A stretch of 64,000 bases of DNA. It comes from an uncultured Bacteroidales bacterium (GTDB lineage Bacteria; Bacteroidota; Bacteroidia; Bacteroidales; VadinHA17). The stretch is from assembly GCA_963736735.1 (NCBI GenBank), contig CAVTPX010000008.1, forward strand, positions 62,183-126,182, written 5' to 3'. The first letter of the stretch is position 1, and the number at the start of each line of letters is the position of its first letter. The notes beneath the pieces are model-generated. The model had not been told where the DNA came from and ran no database searches. It was given only the letters and a program-made list of their open reading frames with translations. Both the position numbers and the translations under genes were made by a program. Below, one piece after another: positions 27,522 to 36,008 of this stretch.

Positions 27522-28130
27522 ATGATAATCAAGAGCGCTATATACGTTACCAGCAGTGCCAAAATAAGCCAGTGCCCCTCCCCTGACATGCCGGAGTATG
27601 CATTTATTGGCCGTTCCAATGTTGGCAAGTCTTCACTTATCAATATGATTGTAACGAAGAAGGGTCTGGCGAAGATCTCAGGCACCCCGGGTAAGACCCG
27701 CACAGTCAATCATTTTATAATTAATGACAGCTGGTATCTTGTCGACCTTCCGGGTTACGGGTATGCACGGGCATCGCAGAAGCAGAGAGAGGAATGGAGC
27801 AGGCTCATTAACACCTATGTCACTAAACGCGAGAATCTGATTTCGCTGTTTGTGCTGATTGATGCCAGACATGAGCCTATCGCCTCCGACCTTGAGTTCA
27901 TGGAGAAAATGGCGCTGAACGGTGTTCCATTTGCCAGGGTATTCACAAAAGCTGACAAGGCCGGGCAGCGGGAGACAGAAAAGAATCTGGCACTCCACAA
28001 TAAAATAATGCTTGAGAGGTGGGAGAGCCTTCCTGTTACCTTCGTCACCTCGGCTACCAAAGGAAAAGGACGTGATGAGTTACTTGACTATATTTCGGAG
28101 ACAATGAAATTTTTCAAAAAGGAACAATGA
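27522..28130 (+). CDS. engB: Ribosome-biogenesis GTPase YihA/EngB
   Basis: 202 aa. FIGRSNVGKSSLIN (G1), DLPGYGYA (G3), TKADK (G4). Confidence 0.92.
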   Translation: MIIKSAIYVTSSAKISQCPSPDMPEYAFIGRSNVGKSSLINMIVTKKGLAKISGTPGKTRTVNHFIINDSWYLVDLPGYGYARASQKQREEWSRLINTYVTKRENLISLFVLIDARHEPIASDLEFMEKMALNGVPFARVFTKADKAGQRETEKNLALHNKIMLERWESLPVTFVTSATKGKGRDELLDYISETMKFFKKEQ

Positions 28131-28190
28131 TTGGACCTTAAATGCTATTTTTACAGCGCCTAGATTTAATAACCTATTACCTCCTCAAAT

Positions 28191-29129
28191 ATGATCGGTA
28201 GAGCTCCCTTCAAGATTTTTTCGTGCCGTTCTTCCATTGGCATTGCAGAAACAATTGCAAAACATCTGGAGATTGAACTTGGCATCAGTTCACTTACCCG
28301 GTTCAGTGACGGTGAATTTCAACCCTGCTTCGATGAGTCAGTAAGAGGCTGCCACGTTTTCATTGTTCAGTCCACCAATCCGCCTGCAGAGAACCTGATG
28401 GAGCTGTTGCTGATGATTGATGCCGCAAAGAGGGCATCGGCATACAAGGTTAACGCGGTAATTCCCTATTACGGGTATGCCAGGCAGGACCGCAAGGACA
28501 GGCCGCGTGTCTCGCTGGGTGCGAAGCTGACGGCTGACATGCTTACGAAGGCAGGTGTAGACCGCATCATAACGATGGATCTGCACGCTGACCAGATACA
28601 GGGCTTCTTTGACGTGCCTGTCGATCACCTCTTCGGCTCAGCCCTTTTCGCTCCCTACATCAGGAGTCTCGGTCTGCCGAACCTCACAATATCAGCGCCG
28701 GATATGGGCGGTTCAAAAAGAGCCAATGCCTATGCCAGGTTCCTGCAGAGCGAAATGGTCCTTTGTTACAAGCTGAGGAAGAAGCCGAACATCGTGGAAG
28801 AGATATCCATAATTGGAGAAGTTGAGGGGCGTAATGTTGTCATAATCGACGACATGGTCGATACCGCCGGCACCCTGACATTCGCAGCCAGAGTTATGAA
28901 AGACCGCGGAGCCATAAGCGTAAGGGCAGTGGCCACCCACCCCGTACTTTCGGGTGACGCCATAGAAAAAATAGACAGTTCTCCGCTTGAGGAACTGGTG
29001 GTTACTGACAGTATTCCAATTGTCAACAGTTCGCCTAAAATCAAGATCCTTCCGGTCGGAAATATCTTTGCCGAGGCAATAAAAGCCGTTTATAGCAACA
29101 GTTCAATAAGCACCGGTTTTTTATTTTAA
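28191..29129 (+). CDS. prs: Ribose-phosphate pyrophosphokinase
   Basis: 312 aa. PYYGYARQDRK, TMDLHADQIQGFF, VIIDDMVDTAGT. Confidence 0.95.
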   Translation: MIGRAPFKIFSCRSSIGIAETIAKHLEIELGISSLTRFSDGEFQPCFDESVRGCHVFIVQSTNPPAENLMELLLMIDAAKRASAYKVNAVIPYYGYARQDRKDRPRVSLGAKLTADMLTKAGVDRIITMDLHADQIQGFFDVPVDHLFGSALFAPYIRSLGLPNLTISAPDMGGSKRANAYARFLQSEMVLCYKLRKKPNIVEEISIIGEVEGRNVVIIDDMVDTAGTLTFAARVMKDRGAISVRAVATHPVLSGDAIEKIDSSPLEELVVTDSIPIVNSSPKIKILPVGNIFAEAIKAVYSNSSISTGFLF

Positions 29130-29139
29130 GGTTTTTCAC

Positions 29140-29147
29140 TATATTTG
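29140..29147 (+). promoter_or_regulatory. Candidate -7 box TATATTTG for rplY-pth
   Basis: Exact TAnnTTTG, 83 nt upstream of ATG 29230. This leaves room for a short leader. Confidence 0.3.
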
Positions 29148-29229
29148 CAGGCCAATTTTAAAAAATGTCCAACGTGCAATGGGAGGTTGCCTGGCATGTA
29201 ACCTTGAGTAGCACAACTAATTAAAGACA

Positions 29230-29859
29230 ATGAAAACTATTGAAATCAAAGCCGTACCAAGGGAAATTTTTGGAAAGAAAGACACAAAGAGCCTGCGTGT
29301 CAAAGACAATGTTCCGTGTGTAATGTACGGCGGCAAGGAGAATATTCACTTCTATGCTCATGAAAATGAATTTCGCTCACTGATTTATACCCCGGATGTG
29401 CACCTTGTTAACCTGCAGGTAGGCGGGGTTAGCTACAAAGTGGTGTTGAAGGACCTTCAGTTTCACCCGGTTTCAGATAAGCTGCTTCATATAGATTTTA
29501 TTCAGGTATTTGAAGACAAACCTGTGACTATTGCCATCCCGATCCTCATCACCGGAGTATCCCCCGGAGTGAAGGCAGGCGGCAGACTTAACATTAAACG
29601 CAGAAGCCTGAAGATTAAGGGATTCACAAAAGATTTCCCGGAACATCTGGAGATTGACATCACGAGTCTCGAGATTGGCCAGTCATTAAAGATCGGCGAT
29701 CTGAGTTATGACAATCTTGAGATAATGGAGAACAAGAAGTCAATGATAGTCAGCGTGGCTACCTCACGCGTCGTACAGAAAGAAGAAGGAGCCGAAGGCG
29801 CTGTTGCTGCTGAAGGCGCTGAAGCACCCGCAGAACCGGCTGCTGCCGCTGCTAAATAA
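29230..29859 (+). CDS. rplY: 50S ribosomal protein L25 / general stress protein Ctc
   Basis: 209 aa. PREIFGKKDTKSLR, VPCVMYGG, QFHPVSDKLLHIDF, plus an Ala/Glu-rich C-terminal tail. Confidence 0.92.
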   Translation: MKTIEIKAVPREIFGKKDTKSLRVKDNVPCVMYGGKENIHFYAHENEFRSLIYTPDVHLVNLQVGGVSYKVVLKDLQFHPVSDKLLHIDFIQVFEDKPVTIAIPILITGVSPGVKAGGRLNIKRRSLKIKGFTKDFPEHLEIDITSLEIGQSLKIGDLSYDNLEIMENKKSMIVSVATSRVVQKEEGAEGAVAAEGAEAPAEPAAAAAK

Positions 29860-29867
29860 GGAGCACC

Positions 29868-30473
29868 TTGAAATATCTTATCGCCGGTCTTGGCAACATA
29901 GGCGAAGAGTACGAAAATACACGACACAATGTCGGATTTATGATATTGGATGCACTTGCAGGTGCGTCCAATATCTCTTTTACAGACCGCCGTTACGGGG
30001 CAGTGGCCGAACTGAAGCACAGAGGCAGGATTATTGTGCTGCTTAAACCTTCTACATTCATGAACCGCAGCGGGAATGCCGTGGATTACTGGCTGAAAAA
30101 GGAAAAGATACCACTTGAAAATTTCCTCGTTGTAACTGATGACCTGGCCATCCCGACGGGAAGCATACGTCTAAGAATCAGGGGAAGTCACGGAGGGCAC
30201 AATGGCCTTGCAAGCATAAGTGAGACCCTGGGTACAGATGACTACGCCCGCCTGAGGGTGGGCATAGGAAGCGAATTCCCGAGAGGCAGGCAGGTTGACT
30301 ATGTGCTCGGAAAATGGTCGGATGAGGAGATGTCAGTGATTAAAAAAAGAGTGCCGCTGGCAATTGAAATGGTTAAATCATTTGCGATTGTTGGGTGTGA
30401 GCTGACAATGACGGCATTCAATAAATCGGGTAAAACGCTGTCTGACGATGGAGACAAAGGGAGACAAGGATAG
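29868..30473 (+). CDS. pth: Peptidyl-tRNA hydrolase
   Basis: TTG start. KYLIAGLGNIGEEYENTRHNVGF, STFMNRSG, GSHGGHNGL. Confidence 0.93.
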   Translation: MKYLIAGLGNIGEEYENTRHNVGFMILDALAGASNISFTDRRYGAVAELKHRGRIIVLLKPSTFMNRSGNAVDYWLKKEKIPLENFLVVTDDLAIPTGSIRLRIRGSHGGHNGLASISETLGTDDYARLRVGIGSEFPRGRQVDYVLGKWSDEEMSVIKKRVPLAIEMVKSFAIVGCELTMTAFNKSGKTLSDDGDKGRQG

Positions 30474-30490
30474 ATAAATACCTGTGGGCC

Positions 30491-30826
30491 GTGCGATTGT
30501 TCAAATCCAGAAGCACCGCCTCGGAAGCATGCAGAAAGGGCAGGGTGACAATCGGAGGCAATCCCGTCAAACCTTCTCACAGTGTAACAACGGGAGATAC
30601 AATCATAATCAGGAAACCGCCCGTCACTTATACATATCTTGTAAGGGGACTCATTGAAAACAGGGTGGGTGCCAAACTGGTTGCTGAGTATATTACAGAC
30701 CTTACTCCTGAAGAAGAGAAGAACAAATTAAAGCCCGAAAGCGGGTCTTTTTTCGGGTACAGACCAAGAGGCTCAGGGCGCCCCACAAAGAGAGAGCGAA
30801 GAGACCTCGGAAACTTCCTGGATTAA
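30491..30826 (+). CDS. S4-domain RNA-binding protein (Hsp15/HslR-like); true start probably upstream
   Basis: RLFKSRSTASEACRKGRVTIGGNPVKPSHSVTTGDTI is an S4 fold. The same frame is open upstream and reads RIDKYLWAV (the conserved S4 N-terminus) but has no start codon. An ATG at 30448 is one frame off. Confidence 0.7.
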   Translation: MRLFKSRSTASEACRKGRVTIGGNPVKPSHSVTTGDTIIIRKPPVTYTYLVRGLIENRVGAKLVAEYITDLTPEEEKNKLKPESGSFFGYRPRGSGRPTKRERRDLGNFLD

Positions 30827-30994
30827 AACTTCACACTGCCTCTTTCATGGTGGTATAAATACCTAAAAACAGCACCCCGGCTTTAAGAAATTCATTCACC
30901 TTAAGCGTCGGGATTATTCTTTTTCTACCTTCGGGAGTCGGATTGGCTCTGCGTTGGAGTCCGCTTATTCAATTATAAAAAACCTGCTTCGGGT

Positions 30995-32323
30995 ATGGGT
31001 AAAAGTAATATCGAGAGATTTGATTTTTTTTATCATCTTCTCAGGTCATATGTTGGTTTCTGGCATAACTATATATACTACCGGAAAGTCATTGTCTTCG
31101 GTAAGGAACGCATAGACTGGTCAGTCCCGAATATATTCGCCCCGAATCACCAGAATGCCCTCATGGATGCTCTTGCAGTACTGTGTACACTGAAGAAGCA
31201 GCTTATTTTCCTTGCCCGGGCAGATATATTCAAAAAGAAATTCATTGCACGCATCCTGTATGCCTTTAAGATGCTGCCGGTTTTCAGGATCAGGGACGGT
31301 TACGAAAACCTTAAACAGAATGACGATACCTTCCATGACACTTTCAGGGTCATGCAGCACAACACCGGAATTGCAATCCTGCCTGAAGGCAACCATGCAG
31401 GTTTCAGAAGACTTCGCCAGCTGAAAAAGGGCATTTGCCGGATAGCATTCCAGGCCGGGGAGGCATCTGATTTCAAGATGGATGTTAAAATTGTTCCTGT
31501 AGGACTGGAATTCTCTCACTACTGGCTTTTCAGGCAGGTGCTTACAGTGGTCTACGGTCATCCCATCTCGGTTTCAGAGTATTATGACACATACAGGGAG
31601 AATCCTACAAAGGGTCTGCTGGATCTTCGTGACAGACTCTCGCTGGAACTGAAGAAAGTCATGGTTCATATAGAAGACGAGGAGGATTATGAGGCAATCG
31701 ATGAACTGAGGAGCATCATAAACGGAAAATACAGTGACAGTATTCGCTACCCGAAGCTTTTCCGTGACAACAGGCTTATCAGCAGGGTAAATGAACTCAG
31801 GGTGAATGATCCTGAAGAGTTCCGTAAGATATGCGGGGAAAGTCTGGATGTCAGGGATCTCTCTTCCAGGCTGAAGCTCACCTACCGTCAGCTGAGCAAG
31901 AAAAAGCATCCCCTCGGATGGCTTGTAGCAGCTTCGCTGTTTCTGTTTGCCACCCTTCCGGTATTTCTTGCAGGCTCCCTTCTCAACTTTGTAATTTTCC
32001 AGGTACCTGCCATTCAGGCTCTCAAGATGAAAGACAAGGCATTTATAAGCACTGCAAGGTACGGAATCACTCTCGGATTAAGTTTCATAATTGTTCCGCT
32101 GTATGTTGTCGTGGCATTTGTTTTCATCAGCCCATGGTGGATTGCCCTGGCAGCATTGGTGGCAGTGCCTGTTCTGGGGATACTCGCCTGGAACTGGCTT
32201 ATGCTTATGAGAAGAACGGTTGGCGGACTCAGAATATGGAATTTCAGACGTAAAAATAACCGCCAGTATATTGAACTGCAAAATACTTTTGACGACCTCA
32301 GGTTAAGAATGGTAAGGATTTAA
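30995..32323 (+). CDS. Lysophospholipid (1-acyl-sn-glycerol-3-phosphate-type) acyltransferase with C-terminal membrane domain
   Basis: 442 aa. FAPNHQNALMDAL (acyltransferase His/Asp block), ILPEGNH, then 3-4 TM helices at the C-terminus. Confidence 0.75.
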   Translation: MGKSNIERFDFFYHLLRSYVGFWHNYIYYRKVIVFGKERIDWSVPNIFAPNHQNALMDALAVLCTLKKQLIFLARADIFKKKFIARILYAFKMLPVFRIRDGYENLKQNDDTFHDTFRVMQHNTGIAILPEGNHAGFRRLRQLKKGICRIAFQAGEASDFKMDVKIVPVGLEFSHYWLFRQVLTVVYGHPISVSEYYDTYRENPTKGLLDLRDRLSLELKKVMVHIEDEEDYEAIDELRSIINGKYSDSIRYPKLFRDNRLISRVNELRVNDPEEFRKICGESLDVRDLSSRLKLTYRQLSKKKHPLGWLVAASLFLFATLPVFLAGSLLNFVIFQVPAIQALKMKDKAFISTARYGITLGLSFIIVPLYVVVAFVFISPWWIALAALVAVPVLGILAWNWLMLMRRTVGGLRIWNFRRKNNRQYIELQNTFDDLRLRMVRI

Positions 32324-32324
32324 G

Positions 32325-33125
32325 ATGGAGATTTTTTTTTCAGACAGGGTTGTGTGGATTACAGGAGCATCATCTGGTATAGGTGAAGCACTGGTATATG
32401 CTTTTGTCAAAGGCGGAAGCAGGGTTATTGCCTCATCAAATAATCCCGCGGAGCTTGCACGGGTGGCTGAAAAATGCACCGGGATGCGGGGCAGCATACA
32501 CCGCGGTAGCCTTTGACCTGGCTGATACCTCTGAAATTGAAAAGACTGTTGCCGGAGTAATTGAAAAGGAAGGAAAGATTGATATACTTCTGAATATCGG
32601 GGGTGTGAGCCAGAGGGCCCTGATAAGGGAGACACCGCTCTCACTCGACCGGCGGATCATGGAAATAAATTACTTCGGTACCGTAGCGCTTACCAAGGCT
32701 GTGCTGCCGTATATGATAAGTAACGGCGGAGGCCAGATTGCTGCCACAAGTTCAATATCAGGCCGCTTCGGGTTTCCACTGAGGTCAGCCTATTCGGCAT
32801 CCAAACATGCACTTCACGGGTTCTTCGAGACCCTGCTACTGGAACACCACCGGACAATATAAGGGTTTCCGTCATAATTCCCGGGAGAGTCAGAACCTCA
32901 ATATCAGTTCACGCACTTACAGCATCAGGTACCGAGCACGGTAAGATGGACGCGGGACAGGCAGGTGGCATCACTGCTGAGAAAGCCGCAGAGCAGATAA
33001 TAAGGGGTCTGAAACGCCACAGGCGTGAGATACTTGTCGGCAGCAGCGAACTGCTCATGCTTGCGATAAGAAAGTATATACCGGCACTGTTTTTCAAAAT
33101 GGCAGGCCGAATGAACCCAATGTAA
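32325..33125 (+). pseudogene. Short-chain dehydrogenase/reductase (SDR), interrupted by two frameshifts (~32480-32500 and ~32850-32862)
   Basis: Three consecutive frames together give a complete SDR. They read VVWITGASSGIGEAL...AEKCTG / AAYTAVAFDLAD...NIGGVSQ...SSISG...YSASKHALHGFFETL / DNIRVSVIIPGRVRTSIS...IPALFFKMAGRMNPM*. Confidence 0.8.
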
Positions 33126-33139
33126 ATCAGTAAATTGCA

Positions 33140-34216
33140 ATGAAAGGTTATAATATAAACGGCATTCAGCAAATGGGTGTGGGGGTCGCAGATCTACGGA
33201 AGGCATGGGCATGGTACATCGGGGCCTTCGGAATGGACTGCCCTATTTTTGAGGAAGAGGCTGAGGCCAGGCTCATGCTTCCCTACACCGGGGGAAAACC
33301 GAGGAGCAGGCATGCCGTGCTTGCAATGAATCTTCAGAGCGGGGGCGGATTCGAGGTGTGGCAGTATAAGGGCCGCGAACCGCAATACAGTAAGAAAGAG
33401 ATAAAAGCCGGCGACCTTGGTATCTTTTCATGCAAGATGAAGGTGAGGGATGTCGAGACGGCATATAAAAACTTTTTAAAGTCCGGGGTCAATGTATTGG
33501 GGGCCCCTTCCCCGGATCCCTCCGGGAAAATGAGCTTTTTCATAAGTGATCCATTCGGAAACATTTTCCATATGGTTGAAGCCAAGGACTGGCTGATGAA
33601 TCTGAAGAAGGACTCAGGAGGCTCTTACGGAGCCATAATCGGCGTTTCAGATATTGAAAAAGCCCTGGCGCTCTACTCCGGCGTACTGGGTTATAACAGG
33701 GTTATTTATGACAGTACCGGAAGATTTGACGACTTCGCTGCCGTTCCCGGGGGGCAGGGTACTTTCAGACGCGTAATGCTGGCCCCGTCGACACCCTTTC
33801 ACGGCGGGTTCAGTCCGCTGCTCGGACAGAGTGTCATAGAGCTTATAGAGTCAAAAGAGAGGCAAGGCACAAAAATATTTGAAGGAAGATACTGGGGTGA
33901 TCCGGGATTCATACACCTTTGTTATGATATCAGTGGAATGGATAATCTCCGTAAGTACTGCACGAATGCAGGATTTCCATTTACTGTCGACAGCCAGAAG
34001 AGCCGCGAGGGAGACAGCTTCGACATGGGAGAGGCTGCGGGTCACTTCGCCTATATCGAGGACCCTGACGGCACACTTATAGAGTTCGTGGAAACGCATA
34101 AGGTAGCCATTCTTAAAAAGCTTGGATGGTATCTTGACATGAGGAAGAGAAATCCTCACAAGCCGCTCCCCCTGTGGATGATCAGGACTCTGAAATACTC
34201 AAGGGTCAAGGGGTAG
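33140..34216 (+). CDS. VOC-family (glyoxalase/bleomycin-resistance/dioxygenase fold) protein
   Basis: 358 aa. Two VOC-like halves (GIQQMGVGVADLRKAWAWY..., GAIIGVSDIEKALALYSGVLGY...) and FAYIEDPDGTLIEFVE. Confidence 0.7.
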   Translation: MKGYNINGIQQMGVGVADLRKAWAWYIGAFGMDCPIFEEEAEARLMLPYTGGKPRSRHAVLAMNLQSGGGFEVWQYKGREPQYSKKEIKAGDLGIFSCKMKVRDVETAYKNFLKSGVNVLGAPSPDPSGKMSFFISDPFGNIFHMVEAKDWLMNLKKDSGGSYGAIIGVSDIEKALALYSGVLGYNRVIYDSTGRFDDFAAVPGGQGTFRRVMLAPSTPFHGGFSPLLGQSVIELIESKERQGTKIFEGRYWGDPGFIHLCYDISGMDNLRKYCTNAGFPFTVDSQKSREGDSFDMGEAAGHFAYIEDPDGTLIEFVETHKVAILKKLGWYLDMRKRNPHKPLPLWMIRTLKYSRVKG

Positions 34217-34233
34217 CAGAAGAAAGGATAGGT

Positions 34234-35430
34234 TTAAATTTCTGCCGCTGCAGCGGTCATGACCCTCATCACATTGCCTCCCCAGATCTTCGCAATGTCT
34301 TCATTACTGTAGCCTCTGCGGATAAGCTCTTTCGTGATATTCTTCATCATTGAAACGTCTGTACATCCCTCGATGCCGCCGCCGCCGTCAAAGTCTGAGC
34401 CGATACCAACATAGTCCACCCCTATTACATCTACCACATGCTGAATATGATTGACAGCGTCAGCCACTGTAGCCAGTTTGGTGTATTTCTCCCGAAGGGT
34501 TGAAAACTCGCTCCAACGCTGCTCCTGCTGTGCTTCGGTAAGCTCACCCATAGCCTTCCATTTCTCGCGCAGCTCCTTAACCTTCTCATCGAATTCAGGA
34601 TTGGGCTCAGGCTGTTTGAGGTAGTCACTGAGGATGCATATCTGTATCACACCGCCGTTTTTCTTCAGTGCCAGCAGCATGTCATCATTCAGGTTGCGGG
34701 GACTTTCGCAAAGTGCCCGGCAGGACGAATGAGAAGCAATTACAGGTGATTTGGTGATCGCAAGGACATCATAGAAAGACTGGTCGGATATGTGAGAAAC
34801 ATCAACCATCATTCCTAATCTGTTCATCTCCCTGACAACCTCCTCACCGAAGGGAGAGAGTCCCTGATGTTCCGGGCCGGCGGGGTCAGTGGATGAATCG
34901 CATATGTCATTGTTTGACGAATGGCAGAGTGTTATATACCTGGCACCCAGATCATAGTACTGTTTCACTTTTGTAATGTCAAGTCCTATCGGGTAACCGT
35001 TCTCGATTCCGATGAACGCGGCTATCCTGCCCTCAGCCTTCAGTCGTGATGCATCCGCCGGGGTAAGTGCCAGTCCGGCCATCTCAGGATAACGTGCAAC
35101 ACTTTTAAGGATGGAATCGAATGTTGTCAGGGTATTCTGGTGTTCGATAGCATATGCCTCCGGTGTTCTGGGTCCCTGTCCGATGAAGATCGCAAAAAAC
35201 TCCGCATCCAGTCCTCCTTCCTTCATCCTTGGAAAGTCAACACAACCATTGTCGTTGCGCGCTCCAAGGTCGTAACCGTTACGTGTGAGTCTCATCGGAG
35301 TATCACAGTGTGTATCAACTGTGAGCATATTCATATGAAGCTTGTCAGCCTTGCGGTCAATCTTCTCTTCGTCACTGATACACCCGGCAGTGAGCCCGGC
35401 AAGGGTCAGCAGCATAATTAACATTTTCAT
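34234..35430 (-). CDS. Membrane dipeptidase (peptidase M19), lipoprotein
   Basis: 398 aa. LTLAGLTAGC lipobox, VDTHCDTP, ITLCHSSNN, VDVSHIS, VIASHSS, GIGSDFDGGGG. Confidence 0.9.
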   Translation of the reverse strand: MKMLIMLLTLAGLTAGCISDEEKIDRKADKLHMNMLTVDTHCDTPMRLTRNGYDLGARNDNGCVDFPRMKEGGLDAEFFAIFIGQGPRTPEAYAIEHQNTLTTFDSILKSVARYPEMAGLALTPADASRLKAEGRIAAFIGIENGYPIGLDITKVKQYYDLGARYITLCHSSNNDICDSSTDPAGPEHQGLSPFGEEVVREMNRLGMMVDVSHISDQSFYDVLAITKSPVIASHSSCRALCESPRNLNDDMLLALKKNGGVIQICILSDYLKQPEPNPEFDEKVKELREKWKAMGELTEAQQEQRWSEFSTLREKYTKLATVADAVNHIQHVVDVIGVDYVGIGSDFDGGGGIEGCTDVSMMKNITKELIRRGYSNEDIAKIWGGNVMRVMTAAAAEI

Positions 35431-35531
35431 TTAATAAGGTTTTAGCAATGGTAAAGATAATCGATTGAGTGACGGGTGTTCCAACTGCGGGGGCAATATA
35501 AACTTAAAAAACGTTAAGAAGCAAGGAGCAT

Positions 35532-35586
35532 GGGGACCGAGCGTAAAGAAATTGCCCAGTGGGCATTTTTAGCGAGGGGACAGACA
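35532..35586 (+). repeat. 55-nt module, copy 1 (contains A-tract/stem/T-tract hairpin 35549-35570)
   Basis: ggggaccgagcgtaaagaaattgcccagtgggcatttttagcgaggggacagaca. 50/55 identical to copy 2. Confidence 0.9.
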
Positions 35587-35596
35587 GTGGGGTGGC

Positions 35597-35661
35597 AGCA
35601 TGGAGCATGGGGCATGGAGCATGGGGGAGCATGGAGCATGGAGCATGGAGCAAGGGGCATG
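35597..35661 (+). repeat. Heptamer array 1 (~9 units of RGCAWGG)
   Basis: agcatgg agcatgg ggcatgg agcatgg (ggg) agcatgg agcatgg agcatgg agcaagg ggcatg. Confidence 0.9.
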
Positions 35662-35682
35662 TGGAACGCCGCAAGGGGGGAC
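35659..35682 (+). repeat. Degenerate copy of the GGAAC...GGGG hairpin module
   Basis: atgtggaacgccgcaaggggggac, compared with ctgtggaaccccgaaggggggac. Its centre is cc-GCAA-gg. Confidence 0.6.
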
Positions 35683-35805
35683 ATGGAGCATGGAGCATGG
35701 GGAATGGCGCATGGGGCATGGTAGCACGGAGCACGGAGCAAGGGGCATGGAGCAAGGGCATGGAGCAAGGGGCATGGAGCAAGGAGCATGGAGCACGGAG
35801 CAAGG
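35683..35805 (+). repeat. Heptamer array 2 (~17 units; partly a 14-nt agcaagg-ggcatgg super-unit)
   Basis: atgg agcatgg agcatgg ggaatgg cgcatgg ggcatgg tagcacgg agcacgg agcaagg ggcatgg agcaagg gcatgg agcaagg ggcatgg agcaagg agcatgg agcacgg agcaagg. Confidence 0.9.
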
Positions 35806-35830
35806 GGCTGTGGAACCCCGAAGGGGGGAC
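35806..35830 (+). repeat. GGAACCCCGAAGGGG hairpin module, copy a (overlaps the start of 55-nt module copy 2)
   Basis: ggctgtggaaccccgaaggggggac. cccc-gaa-gggg is a hairpin. Confidence 0.85.
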
Positions 35831-35879
35831 CGAGCGTATGGAAAATGCCCTGTGGGCATTTTTAGCAAGGGGACAGACA
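35825..35879 (+). repeat. 55-nt module, copy 2 (perfect 9-bp hairpin aaaatgccc-tgt-gggcatttt at 35842-35863)
   Basis: ggggaccgagcgtatggaaaatgccctgtgggcatttttagcaaggggacagaca. Confidence 0.9.
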
Positions 35880-35884
35880 TGTGG

Positions 35885-35953
35885 GCATGGAGCATGGAGC
35901 ATGGGGCATGGAGCATGGGGCATGGAGCAAGGAGCAAGGGGCATGGAGCAAGG
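35885..35953 (+). repeat. Heptamer array 3 (~10 units)
   Basis: gcatgg agcatgg agcatgg ggcatgg agcatgg ggcatgg agcaagg agcaagg ggcatgg agcaagg. Confidence 0.9.
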
Positions 35954-35988
35954 GGCTGTGGAACCCCGAAGGGGTGACATTATGATAG
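35954..35988 (+). repeat. GGAACCCCGAAGGGG hairpin module, copy b, with 3' extension tgacattatgatag
   Basis: ggctgtggaaccccgaaggggtgacattatgatag. The last 28 nt are repeated exactly at 36010-36037. Confidence 0.9.
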
Positions 35989-36008
35989 ATTGACAGAAAG
36001 AATACCAC

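Noticed and set aside
30827-30994. Possible tRNA or small RNA in the 168-nt gap after the S4-domain gene (ggagtc direct repeat, cttaag hairpin)
   Set aside because: There is no cloverleaf, T-loop (GTTCGAATC-like) or anticodon-arm arrangement. Elsewhere, GGTTCGA-like strings (for example near 9621) lie inside coding sequence. No tRNA is supported anywhere in the window.
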